Source of the DNA: Mobula hypostoma
Taxonomy: Eukaryota
Assembly: GCF_963921235.1 (NCBI RefSeq)
Contig: NC_086097.1
Span: forward strand, 122,018,001 to 122,082,000
Direction of reading: 5' to 3'
Length of the DNA: 64,000 bases
Shown piece by piece: positions 36,459-47,909 of this stretch (position 1 is the stretch's first letter; each line of letters begins with the position of its first letter). Under the pieces are notes generated by a model that had not been told where the DNA came from, ran no database searches, and saw nothing but the letters and a program-made list of their open reading frames with translations. Position numbers and translations under genes: made by a program.

Positions 36459-38703
36459 TCATCTTTTCAAAATGTTTTTTTCTCTTATCAGGGGGACCCT
36501 AGCTTCATTGATTTCCGCACTAACACCGACTAGGTTTGTTAGCATATCAAAAGCCTGTGACCGTCTCAGTTCGCGTCTGCCATAATCAATAACATCCTTC
36601 CTCCTGTGCAGCCGGTAAACCTCTTTCATGATTCCACCAACTGTTTCCTCCAGCACCTCAAAATGTCCACCGAGGGGTACGTTGTGGGCCAGGTTAAAAA
36701 TCTCATCCCCATAACTCTTTTGCACCACCCCCCATTCCTCATCTGTGGGTACGGTACTTGGTCTCCCTTTCTTCCTTAGCACTTCCTCCTCCACACAATA
36801 GCCTACTGGCTCCTTTCTTAATTCTGCGTCAGAGAGAGCTGTCTCTGCCAAAACTATCAGCCCCTCGTCTCGCTCCTGCACCTGCACAAATTCCTTCCTG
36901 GCTAATGCTAAGTCTGTCTCAGCTCCCTCACTACCTCTTGTTTCACTACACTCCTTCTTTTCACTTTCTACCTCCTCCTGGTACGTCTCAGCTAAATTTA
37001 CTTCGGCAGTCCCGGGATGAACCTGTGAGTCCATGGGTGGGGCCTCAATGCTGGCAGGCTGACCTGTCAATCTCACGGCTGGGAACACGATTCCCCCGGC
37101 GAGGTCATTACCGAGCAGGACTTCCACACCTTTCATCGGTAATTCGGGCCTCACCCCGATCGTGACTAGTCCAGAGACCAGGTTGCTTTGTACGTGTATC
37201 TGGTGCAAAGGGACTGCCTCTGTCCTTCCCCCAATACCTTTTACCTTGACCTCCCCAGTCTGGGTCTCTGAGCTAAACTCTAATACACTCTTCAATATCA
37301 ATGACTGACACGCTCCCGTGTCTCTCCAGATCCGCACTGGAACTGGGTTTAACCCCTCCTTCACCGACACCAATCCAGCCGACATAAACCTCTTGCACCC
37401 TTCCTGAACTTTGGCAGACCTTTCCTCTCCTAGCGGTTCGTTTACCAGCTCGATACAGCCAGTCAAAATCGCCGTTTTTCCTTTTCCCATCTCCTTCTTT
37501 GGGGCAAAGCACCTGGACGCAAAGTGTCCGACTTTCCCACAATTATAACAGACGACCCCAGGAGACTTCCTACCAGACTGCTCCCGGTCTACCTTATCCT
37601 TCTCACTAGTCCCCGGCTTACTTTCTGACTTTTCTGGCGGACTCTCCCCGCCGCCCTTCTGGTAGCCTTTACTCGAGGCAAACTTCATTTTATACGTCAA
37701 TGCATACTCATCCACTAACTTAGCAGTTGCGGCTAACGTGGCTGCCTCTTTCTCATCTAGGTAGGGTCTCATACCCTCAGGGACACAGCCTTTAAACTGC
37801 TCAATCAGGATCAGCTGTAGCAGTCTGTCATAATCCCCCTCTACCCCCTTCGAGGCGCACCAACGCTCACAATATGTCTGCATCTCACGGGCAAACTCTA
37901 AATACGTGCGGTCCCACTGCTTCCTCGCATTCCGGAACCTCTGCCGGTATGCCTCCGGGACCAACTCATAAATCCTGAGGATGGCCTCTTTCACCACCTT
38001 ATACCTCTGGGCATCTTCCGCAGACAAAGCTGAGTAAGCTTGTTGGGCTTTTCCCTTTAGTACACTCTGAAGCAAAAAAAGCCCACTTATCCTTCGGCCA
38101 GTCCTGACTTATAGCAACTTTTTCAAAATGGAGAAAGTACCGATCCACATCGGTATCGTCAAATGGGGGAACCAGCCTAACCTCCTGGGTCACCCTGAAC
38201 CCTCCACCTTGGTTTGGCATGGGCCCCTGCTCTGCCCTTACCTTTAACTTCTCCAGCTCAAATTCCCTTTCCCTCTGCCTCTCTTCTCGCTCCAACTGTT
38301 TATCCCTCTCTTCTCACTCCAACTGCCTCTTTCTCTCTTGCCATTCTAACTGTCTCTCTCTCTCCTGCCTTTCTAACTGTTTCTCTTTCTCCTGCCTTTC
38401 TAACTGCTTCTCTTCGTGTTCTAGCTGCCATACCCGGAACTCGTGCTCGAGTCTCAGTTTTTCAAGCTGCACCTGTACTGCATCTCCAGCAGGTTTTTCA
38501 ATAGACACCACCTCCAGCTCCCGTTGGGGAAACACACCTTTGGATACATAGTGCTCTACGATAGCTCTGTGTATCTCCTCTCTCCTCATTGTCGACTTCC
38601 CCTTAACAAGATTCAACCATTTGGCCACAGCTGCCAATTCCGCTTTCCTGGCATCCTCTAATGCCTCCAAGGTCGGCGCCTTTAGAAATTCCTCAATCTC
38701 CAT
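36459..38703 (-). pseudogene. gag-pro of the Gmr1-like element: coiled coil, SCAN-like capsid domain, CCHC knuckle, aspartic protease, truncated integrase Zn domain
   Basis: PEAYRQRFR...LLQLILIEQF (SCAN-like), CYNCGKVGHFASRC, RDTGACQSLI, AHNVPLGGH. Two lesions: in-frame TGA at 38314-16 (probable CGA>TGA) and a frameshift in the A7 run at about 38074-38080. Confidence 0.9.
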
Positions 38704-38779
38704 TTCTGCTGTTTGCCTTTTCTTTCTTTCGGGAATTTTAACCCAATCAATTTACTCCGTCCCAAATTTAGCGTTCAAA

Positions 38780-38797
38780 ATCCCGGACGAGCCCCCA
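38780..38797 (-). promoter_or_regulatory. Primer-binding site, tRNA-Pro
   Basis: TGGGGGCTCGTCCGGGAT, identical to the classical MLV PBS-Pro, 4 nt from the 5' LTR end. Confidence 0.92.
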
Positions 38798-39723
38798 CTT
38801 ATGTTACGTACCCCGTAACCAGGTTGCCAAACCAGCAGAAATGGATCACTCAGTTGGAGTCTGGATTACTGGAACTAAGAAAGTTTTATTAAAGAAATAA
38901 GCAACACAGTACTCTAATCAAAAGGATAATAAATGCAACAGTTCAGCAATGATAAACACACATGTACACAGAATTAGGATAACAGGATCAATCAAGCTCT
39001 ATCGTCGTCTAGGGGTAAATGACCAGTTTCAAAGTGACGCAAAGTTCAGTTCAATTGAGTTCAGTTCAGTTCACAGTAATCACTGCCGTGGCTGTGGACG
39101 GGGGGTGGGGGGGGTGCGGAGGAGAGAGAGAGCAAAAGCGAATGAATATTCAAACGGCTTCCACACAGACCTTCAATATTCTTCACGGTCAGCTTTCGGG
39201 CGAGCCCTTTGTAATGTCTTCTGAGGTCACCGACTGTGACCCCTCCGTTTTCAGATACGATCGTTTCTCTGCAGTGAACCTGGCACCCAGGCAAGGGCGG
39301 ACACACACCAGGTTCCCGCCGATCGTACCTTTCCACCCTGTGCGTCTATGGCTTGGTCCCGCGACCAGCCTTCCAAAACTTCCCACCGACTTGTGGGAGG
39401 CGCACCGCTTCCAGGGTCTCGTTACCTCGTGGTGTCATGTGTGACTTGTCTTAGCGAACCTGTCCCTTTTTATCCCCCTGCTGGGGTATTGCCTGTCCAT
39501 CACTTCAAACAGTTCAGGGTTCAAAGAGGAGCTGATCTTGACAGCTCTCAGACCGTGTCTCCTTCCGTTAAACTCTCCTGTCCCTTCATTAACATCTCCA
39601 AATGCTGCTCCATTGTTTTCCTTATCTCACTTTCTCCTGAAGACAGGTGGCAGACCAACTGCTGATCCCACTGGTGCCAGCCCAGGACAGTTAACATCTT
39701 AGTCTATGTGTACTTTCGTCACA

Positions 39724-40190
39724 AATCAAATGAGACATTTCAGAAGGAGCCCATTTTGCATCAATTTTATTCCCATTTTGTGGTGTTGCAAGAAATATAA
39801 GAGAGCTAAAAAAATGTTGCTGCAGCCTTAGGAAGGGTAAGCAATGACACTGCAGATGCCACGCGTAATATATTTTTTCAAAATCATGTAGTATTAAATC
39901 TTCTGCTCACTGTTAAGGGGAAACATACACAGTTATAGGTAAAGAGTGTTGAACTTACATACCTAATGAGTCTGAAGACAAAACTAATTTTTCAGTTCAT
40001 ATTTGTAAAGCAGCAACTCAAGAATATTAATCTGATGAATGGGATTTCTTTCATTGGATTCATTTAAGTCTAGGTACCTGGGGTTACTCAATATTGTATA
40101 TCATAATATTTGTCCTGATGTTCTTTACTACAACTTACATAATTTTTACTTGCATAAGGGTCATCATTATTAGAGTAGTTCAAGCTCATA
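39724..40190 (+). pseudogene. ERV env transmembrane-subunit remnant
   Basis: SNDTADATRNIFFQNHVVLNLLL (ISD-like), YTVIGKEC*TYIPNES (decayed CX6CC), then hydrophobic anchor WGYSILYIIIFVLMFF. Confidence 0.8.
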
Positions 40191-40636
40191 AGTGTGCCTA
40201 TTATTCTACCTCAGAATGACATAACCCTATGAATACTCTTTGATATTCCATAACATAAGTAGTTTTTAAAAAAATTTGTGGTATCTATATTAAGTCTAAA
40301 ATTTAAACTTGGTATCTATATTTTTCTGCCTCTGAATATTCAATTGTAATGATTCTAAATGTGTGATTTAGAATCAAAGGAGTGAATGTTGGATTAGACT
40401 GTATAATTGTTACTTCCTATGCAGTTTAACTCTTCAATGCTTGTTGTATTTTATATAATTACCTTTATACATTAATTTTTCAGTATGTTTCCTAGTGGTT
40501 CCAATACATATATACAATTGTTTGGTATCTGCTTTACTGGTTACAATTCTGTCTCTTTCTGGAAGCTTCTTTAATATTGCATTATTTGAATAGATACTAT
40601 CTGATTGGTTAACTCTTATCTACAAGTTTAAATGTA

Positions 40637-43094
40637 GAAACATAGAAACATAGAAACATAGAAAATAGGTGCAGGAGTAGGCCATTCGGCCCTTCGAGCC
40701 TGCACCGCCATTTATTATGATCATGGCTGATCATCCAACTCAGAACCCAGCCTTCCCTCCATACCCCCTGACCCCTGTAGCCACAAGGGCCATATCTAAC
40801 TTCCTTTTAAACATAGCTAATGAACTGGCCTCAACAGTTTGCTGTGGCAGAGAATTCCACAGATTCACCACTCTCTGTGTGAAGAAGTTTTTCCTAACCT
40901 CGGTCCTAAAAGGCTTCCCCTCTATCCTCAAACTGTGACCCCTCGTTCTAGACCTCCCCAACATCGGGAACAATCTTCCTGCATCTAGCCTGTCCAATCC
41001 CTTTAGGATCTTATACGTTTCAATCAGATCCCCCCTCAATCTTCTAAATTCCAACGAGTACAAGCCCAGTTCATCCAGTCTTTCTTCATATGAAAGACCT
41101 GCCATCCCAGGAATCAATCTGGTGAACCTTCTTTGTACTCCCTCTATGGCAAAGATGTCTTTCCTCAGATTAGGGGACCAAAACTGCACACAATACTCCA
41201 GGTGTGGTCTCACCAAGGCCTTGTACAACTGCAGTAGTACCTCCCTGCTCCTGTACTCGAATCCTCTCGCTATAAATGCCAGCATACCGTTCGCCTTTTT
41301 CACCGCCTGCTGTACCTGCATGCCCACTTTCAATGACTGGTGTATAATGACACCCAGGTCTCGTTGCACCTCCCCTTTTCCTAATCGGCCACCATTCAGA
41401 TAATAATCTGTTTTCCTATTTTTGCCACCAAAGTGGATAACTTCACATTTATCCACATTAAATTGCATCTGCCATGAGTTTGCCCACTCACCCAACCTAT
41501 CCAAGTCACCCTGCGTCCTCTTAGCATCCTCCTCACTGCTAACACTGCCACCCAGCTTCGTGTCATCCGCAAACTTGGAGATGCTGCATTTAATTCCCTC
41601 ATCCAAGTCATTAATATATATTGTAAACAACTGGGGTCCCAGCACTGAGCCTTGCGGTACCCCACTAGTCACCGCCTGCCATTCTGAAAAGGTCCCGTTT
41701 ATTCCCACTCTTTGCTTCCTGTCTGCTAACCAATTCTCCACCCACACCAATACCTTACCCCCAATACCGTGTGCTTTAAGTTTGCACACTAATCTCCTAT
41801 GTGGGACCTTGTCAAAAGCCTTTTGAAAATCCAAATATACCACATCCACTGGTTCTCCCCTATCCACTCTACTAGTTACATCCTCAAAAAATTCTATGAG
41901 ATTCGTCAGACATGATTTTCCTTTCACAAATCCATGCTGACTTTGTCCGATCATTTCACCGCTTTCCAAATGTGCTGTTATCACATCCTTGATAACTGAC
42001 TCCAGCAGTTTCCCCACCACCGACGTTAGGCTAACCGGCCTATAATTCCCCGGTTTCTCTCTCCCTCCTTTTTTAAAAAGTGGGGTTACATTAGCCACCC
42101 TCCAATCCTCAGGAACTAGTCCAGAATCTAACGAGTTTTGAAAAATTATCACTAATGCATCCACTATTTCTTGGGCCACTTCCTTAAGCACTCTGGGATG
42201 CAGACCATCTGGCCCTGGGGATTTATCTGCCTTCAATCCCTTCAATTTACCTAACACCACTTCCCTACTAACATGTATTTCGCTCAGTTCCTCCATCTCA
42301 CTGGACCCTCTGTCCCTTACTATTTCTGGAAGATTATTTATGTCCTCCTTAGTGAAGACAGAACCAAAGTAATTATTCAATTGGTCTGCCATGTCCTTGC
42401 TCCCCATGATCAATTCACCTGTTTCTGTTTGCAGGGGACCTACATTTGTCTTTATCAGTCTTTTCCTTTTTACATATCTATAAAAGCTTTTACAGTCCGT
42501 TTTTATGTTCTCTGCCAGTTTTCTCTCATAATCTTTTTTCCCCTTCCTAATTAAGCCCTTTGTCCTCCTCTGCTGAACTCTGAATTTCTCCCAGTCCTCA
42601 GGTGAGCCACTTTCTCTCGCTAATTTGTATGCTACTTCTTTGGAATTGATACTATCCCTAATTTCTCTTGTCAGCCACGGGTGCACGACCTTCCTTGATT
42701 TATTCTTTTGCCAAACTGGGATGAACAATTGTTGTAGTTCATCCATGCAACCTTTAAATGCCTGCCATTGCATATCCACCGTCAATCCTTGAAGTGTCAT
42801 TTGCCAGTCTATCTTAGCTAATTCATGTCTCATACCTTCAAAGTTACCCCTCTTTAAGTTCAGAACCTTTGTTTCTGAATTAACTACGTCACTCTCCATG
42901 TTAATGAAGAATTCCACCATATTATGGTCACTCTTACCCAAGGGGCCTCTCACGACAAGATCGCTAATTAACCCTTCCTCATTGCTCAAAACCCAGTCCA
43001 GAATAGCCTGCTCTCTAGTCGGTTCCTCGACATGTTGGTTCAAAAAACCATCCCGCATACATTCCAAGAAATCCTCTTCCTCAGCACCTTTACC
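40637..43094 (-). mobile_element. Young 5'-truncated CR1 LINE
   Basis: Uninterrupted 775-aa ORF2 segment, (TTTCTATG)n tail, AATGTA direct repeat on both sides (40631-36 and 43095-100). Confidence 0.95.
40740..43067 (-). CDS. CR1 ORF2 (endonuclease C-terminus plus complete reverse transcriptase), open but 5'-truncated
   Basis: ILDWVL...SDHNMV, KSPGPDGLHPRVLKE, YLDFQKAFDKVPH, GVPQGSVLGP, KFADDTKL, RPHLEYCVQFW. Confidence 0.9.
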   Translation of the reverse strand: MECMRDGFLNQHVEEPTREQAILDWVLSNEEGLISDLVVRGPLGKSDHNMVEFFINMESDVVNSETKVLNLKRGNFEGMRHELAKIDWQMTLQGLTVDMQWQAFKGCMDELQQLFIPVWQKNKSRKVVHPWLTREIRDSINSKEVAYKLARESGSPEDWEKFRVQQRRTKGLIRKGKKDYERKLAENIKTDCKSFYRYVKRKRLIKTNVGPLQTETGELIMGSKDMADQLNNYFGSVFTKEDINNLPEIVRDRGSSEMEELSEIHVSREVVLGKLKGLKADKSPGPDGLHPRVLKEVAQEIVDALVIIFQNSLDSGLVPEDWRVANVTPLFKKGGREKPGNYRPVSLTSVVGKLLESVIKDVITAHLESGEMIGQSQHGFVKGKSCLTNLIEFFEDVTSRVDRGEPVDVVYLDFQKAFDKVPHRRLVCKLKAHGIGGKVLVWVENWLADRKQRVGINGTFSEWQAVTSGVPQGSVLGPQLFTIYINDLDEGIKCSISKFADDTKLGGSVSSEEDAKRTQGDLDRLGEWANSWQMQFNVDKCEVIHFGGKNRKTDYYLNGGRLGKGEVQRDLGVIIHQSLKVGMQVQQAVKKANGMLAFIARGFEYRSREVLLQLYKALVRPHLEYCVQFWSPNLRKDIFAIEGVQRRFTRLIPGMAGLSYEERLDELGLYSLEFRRLRGDLIETYKILKGLDRLDAGRLFPMLGRSRTRGHSLRIEGKPFRTEVRKNFFTQRVVNLWNSLPQQTVEASSLAMFKRKLDMALVATGVRGYGGKAGF

Positions 43095-43377
43095 AATGTA
43101 AGGTCTGATTATCTATGGTATGAGAAGAGATGAACATGTAGTCTTTCATTGCTTCTTCTTTTCCTTCCCCTACTAGGTTCTTGTCACTCTCCATTTCCAA
43201 TTCCATTGTTCTGTTTGTAGTTAATAAAATGGTGCAGCAACAAGCTTTATACCTTTTTCTTGACTTCTGAAAGAACCATGGATCAAAAACATCAGAACCC
43301 AACAGCTATCTTTTAGAGGATTGTACACGTCTCAAAGTCAGAATCAGAATCAGTTTTATTATTACTAACATAAACTC

Positions 43378-44940
43378 AGAGGTATCTAATCAGCCAAATA
43401 TGCAGCAGCAACTAAATGCATAAAAGCATGCAGGCATGGTCATGAGGTTCAATTGTTTTTCAAACCAAACATCAGGATGGGGAAGAAAGAAACTTTGACT
43501 GTGGGATTGTTGGTGGTTTGTGTATCTCAGAAACTACTGATCTCCCATAATTTACACACATCTCTAGACTTTACAAAGAATGGCAAGAAAAGCAAAAAAA
43601 TATATATCCAGCAAGTGACAGTTCTATGAGCAAAAAAGCCTTGTGAATGACGGTGTCATGGTCTGGTCCATGAAGTCCACATTCTGGTTCATAGTCCGGT
43701 CCATGGACTCAGGACTCTGGGTCTTCCAGCTGTCCCTTGTTTGAGTTAATCACAGGCACCTGATTCCCATCTTGAGGCTTGGAATATAGGTAGCCTTGGT
43801 GTTGAGTGTGAGCTGCTGGTTTGTTTTGCCAAGAACCCCTGGGAGCAACCTGCTGGTAGAAGGCTAGAGCAGCCAATTTCCATCTTTAGGTCGTGTTGTG
43901 GAACCGTCCCCTCATGGAGCCTCGCTGTCAGTAGTCAGAGCAGTCTTTGTGGTATGGATTCGGCTGTTTCCTGGGCCAGCTGAATGGCTGCCAGCTACTC
44001 TGAGCTAGGTAGGGATCCGGCTGTTTCCATAGCTAGCTGAGGTTGCTGGCTGAACTGAGACTCGCAGCTACCCCGGAGCAGAGAAGGAACTGTCTGTTGT
44101 TCTTTGGTGTCTCTTCTTGTCCTTGCCTCTGTGGGGTAAGTCTGGCCGTTCTGCTATTACCCAATAGGTGGAGCTGTCCCACCTTGGTGTGGAGAGGTTG
44201 AGTCCCAGCTTATTTAGTATAAGTCCCGGCTCTATGTCGATGTACTGTCCTGTCTCATGTTGGTGTCGCGTTAAAGATGAGTCCCGGCTTTTCGAAGGAC
44301 AAGTCCCAGCTCTATGTTGATGTTCGGTTCCCAGTCTGTCTCTTAGCTCCAAGATACCCAAGCCTCGAGGATCCTGCAGCCAAGCTCCGAGACACCCAAG
44401 TCTCAAGGATCCCGCAGCCAAGCTCCAAGACACCTAAGACCCCAGTCTCAAGCCAAGCTCAAGACCCAAGACCCCAGCCACGTCCTGTCCTGAAGTCATG
44501 TCATGTCCTTGCCTGGTTCTGGGGTCCGAGCCCGAGGCAAGACCCAGGTTCTGGGTCCTTGTCCAGTCTCAGGCTCGGAGTCCAAGCCTTGTCTCCTAGT
44601 CCATGGTTTCTAGTCCTGGTCCCGCTTTCCCTAGCCCAAATCTGTGTTCTCGTCCTTACTCTAGTCAAGTCCTGTTCCTTGTACTTCAGTGTCTGTGTCT
44701 TGCATTTGGTTCTGTTACTAGCACCCCATTGTGACAGAGAGAGGTCAGAAGAGAATGGCCAGACTGATTTAAGCTGTCAGGAAGGCAACAGTAACTCATA
44801 TAATCACACGTTACAACAGTGGTGTGAAGAAGAGCATCTCTCAATGGATAACACATCGAATCTTGAGGTGGATGTGCTACAGCAGCAGAAAATCACAGAC
44901 TTGCACTCAGTGGCCACATTCTTAGATACTGAAGGTACCC
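43378..44940 (+). mobile_element. Tc1-like non-autonomous element interrupted by a solo LTR
   Basis: Transposase HTH-region remnants (GLCISETTDL; RGQKRMARL...KATVTHIITRYNSGVKKSISQ) on both sides of the insertion; cagtggccac motif at about 44909. Confidence 0.7.
43654..44736. mobile_element. Solo-LTR-like element with internal short tandem repeats
   Basis: TGTCA...TGACA termini; cleanly interrupts the Tc1 sequence; ccaagc/ccaagac repeats at 44345-44480; no clear TSD. Confidence 0.65.
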
Positions 44941-46997
44941 AGTACCATGGTACGAAGTGTATGTCATGTTGCTTTGCAACTGCAGTACAGTGCAACATAT
45001 AAAATATGCTATAAATTACAAAAAGAAATATTTATATATAAAGTATAGTGCAAAAAGAGAGTAAAAGTAATGAGGCAGTGTTCTTTGGCCTTTCTGAATT
45101 CTGATAGAGGAGAGGAAGAAGCTATTTCTAAAACTGAGTGTCTGTCTTCAGGCTACTGTACCTCCTATCCAATGGAAGCAAAGAGAAGAGGGCATATCCT
45201 GGGGTGGGGGCCATTAATTATAATCTTCTACCAAATAATTCTTTCAGCAACTTACATTGTCCATTGTGAATCTTATTCATTAATAACTTTACCCAGACTA
45301 CCACAATCAATTACTGTCTCATTCATTCATATCAAGCCTTAACAATCCATGATGCGTGTTTGTGATTCAACCTTCCCCCACTCTAATCCAGTATTAACTC
45401 CATCATATTACTGAGTATCAACTAATCAGGTGCTTCCTAACTTTTTTAATGGCTAACTTGGACATTGCTCATCTCTACATTTTTATTCTAAATTAGTTAT
45501 TCTAATACTGCCATGAAATCTGTAATCAAACCCATTCAGGGACACTGGATATTTAGGTACACAGGATGTAAACTATCCTGATTGTTTGCATCATGGTCCA
45601 GGATGGAAGTTCAAATGTGCAGGAAAGTAAGAATCTACAGAGAGTACTGGACTCAGCTTAATACATCATGGATACATCCCTTTTCATCATCAGTAGCATC
45701 TACAAGGATGCTGCCTCAAAAAAGCAAAAAATATCCCCGCGCATGTTGTTTTTTGTTGCATATCGTGCTCTTCCTAACACACCACAGAAAATTCCTAATC
45801 CACATAAATGCATATGATGAATAGAGTTGAGTCTTGTATCTACACATTAGAAGTTTGAATTTAATAATATTTTAGGATCTCCTTTGAATGGAAATTGTGT
45901 CCATACATTGGGAGTTTGTGACCGAGAATGGCGTCTATGTGATATGAAGCTGGAACTGCTCTCCTAGAATGATACAATTAAAAGGGCATTCATTGAAATT
46001 TAGTTTGAACTTCAGAATCAGAACCAAAATCAGAATTAGAATCAGAATGAGGTTTAATATCACTGAAATTTGTTGTTTTGTGGCAGCAGTATGGTGCATT
46101 AACTATCACAAAATCTATAAATTACAATATAGTTACAAAATTATAGCCAGTAGTGCAAAATAGAGTAAAACTGGTGAGGTGGTGTCCTTGGATTCATTAT
46201 CCATTTGGAAATTTGATGTCGGAGGGAAAAAGCTATTCTTGAAATGTTGAGTGGATGTATTAGGTGTCCAGTACCTCCTCCCTGATGGTAGCAATGAAAA
46301 GAGGGCATGTCCTTTCTGAGGCAGTGTCTTTTGAAGATGTCCTCAATGTTGGGATGCTTGTGCCCCTGATAGAACTAACTGATTTCAAAATTTTCTGCAG
46401 CTTTTTTCAATCCTATGCAGTGACCTCTTCATACCAGATAGTATTGCAAATAGTTAGAATGCTCCCCACAGTACATTTGTAGAAATTTACACCACGAGCT
46501 GGTCAAAAAATATCCTAATGTTGCAAGGCTTCTGAGGGCAGTTCTGAGGGCAGGAAAGTGAACCATGGTGGTGTGGGCTTTCAACAGACCAGAACTTTTT
46601 CCCTCTAAAAATCAATGATGAACCAGTTTTTTAAAAAATATAAGCTTGCTACTTCATCATTGCATATAACTGCTGTCATTATGAAGAAAGTACGGTAGTA
46701 CCTCTACTTTCTTAGAAGTTTGCATAGGTTTGGCATGTAATCTAAAACTTTGACAAACTTCTATGGATGGCTGACGCAGAGTATATTGACTGGTTGTATA
46801 ATACCCTTGTATGGAAAAGCCTACAAAAAGTAGTGGGTATAGCTAAGTCCATCACGGGTAAAGTCCTCCCACCATTGAGCAAAATTACATGAAGTGCTGT
46901 CACAGGAAAGGAGCAAAGACCCCCATCATCTAGGCCATGCTCTCTTCCCACTCACTTTCAAGGACTCACTAGCTCATGTTCTCAATATTTATTGCTT

Positions 46998-47905
46998 ATT
47001 TATTACTATAAAAATACAAAAACATTTTTTCTCAGCTCAAGCTGGTACAAACTGAGGTGCAGTCATAGCCAAACCATGGGCATTTCTCGATTGCTACGAA
47101 CTTTTGGACTATTCTAGTGGTGGTTAGTATTGTGGCTTTCTGAAGATTTACAGAGATATTGCTGTGTAGCCCTGATTGTTAAAAGCTATTGTATAGTGAC
47201 TTTGGGATGGTATCAGTTGTAGATATTACTATCGGGACAATGAGTACCCTGTTCATGCTCCATAGTCTTTCAATTTCCTCTTTCAGTTTTAGTATATTTC
47301 TGGTAGTTCTCACTTATTAATTTCTGTAAGTTACGTGTGCTTGGAATGGCTATATCTATCAAGTGAGTTGTTCTTGCTTGTTCATCCTGTATTGTTATAT
47401 CCGGATGGTTATTATGGATTGTCCTATCAGTAATAACATATCGATCATAATATAATTTGTGGTATTCTGACTCTAAAACTGGATCAGGCTTGTACTTATA
47501 GTACAAGGTACGATTTCTTTTATGAGTTTGTATTTTAAAGCAAGATTTTGGTGAATGATGTTTGCGCCTGATTGTGTCTGTGGAAGTAATTAGATTATGT
47601 TAAACTGCTACAGGATCCGGTAATGTGTTGGATTGTTTCTGGCTTTCTTTGGCATTTTCTACATTTATCATCTTAAATCTCTTGGTCTTTTATGATGTAT
47701 TTTTGGTTTGTTTTTGTGTTAAGCACCTGATCCTATATTGCTGCAAGGAGCCCTTCTGTTTCTGTGAAGAGGACTCCAACTCTGAGCCAGGCATTCGACG
47801 CTTCCTTGTCAACAACTAGTCTACTCAGATTGGGAGGACGTCTTCCATGGAGGGTCATGTTCTTCCACTGGTTAACTTTTTCTTCAATAGTATCCTCAGT
47901 ACTTA
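46998..47905 (-). mobile_element. R4/Dong-like (RLE-class) non-LTR retrotransposon 3' fragment
   Basis: CRKCQRKPETIQHITGSC knuckle (47610-47663), RHNQ, and TDRTIHNNHPDI...LIDIAIP restriction-like endonuclease motifs. Confidence 0.8.
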
Positions 47906-47909
47906 TCAA

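Larger units (their letters stand above)
34702..39723 (-). mobile_element. Gmr1-like Gypsy LTR element with SCAN-domain gag and protease; pol mostly deleted
   Basis: LTRs 38802-39723 (5') and 34702-35623 (3'), about 96% identical by eye; PBS-Pro 38780-38797; PPT aaaggtgagggg adjoining 35624; flanks AATT/AATC; remnants in the order gag-PR-IN(Zn)-RT-RH. Confidence 0.93.
40387..43304 (+). mobile_element. Putative ERV 3' LTR (40387-40636 plus 43095-43304), split by a CR1 insertion
   Basis: Purine tract aaaggagtgaa immediately before TGTTGG; ends CCAACA (inverted repeat of the start); AATAAA near 43223. Confidence 0.65.

Noticed and set aside
36459..38075. Domesticated host SCAN/zinc-knuckle gene
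   Set aside because: Lies between two similar LTRs with PBS and PPT, and the upstream gag has a stop and a frameshift; it is retrotransposon sequence.
38773..38797. tRNA-Pro gene
   Set aside because: Only the 3' 25 nt including CCA are present, next to an LTR; this is a PBS.
44345..44480. CRISPR-like repeat array
   Set aside because: Irregular short degenerate repeats without unique spacers, in a vertebrate LTR; no cas genes.
44277..45002. 241-aa ORF
   Set aside because: Low-complexity frame crossing a solo-LTR/Tc1 junction; no protein family signal.
46998..47130. Hammerhead in the R4/Dong-like 3' UTR, by analogy with Hero
   Set aside because: No CUGANGA/GAAA core with paired stems on the element's sense strand.
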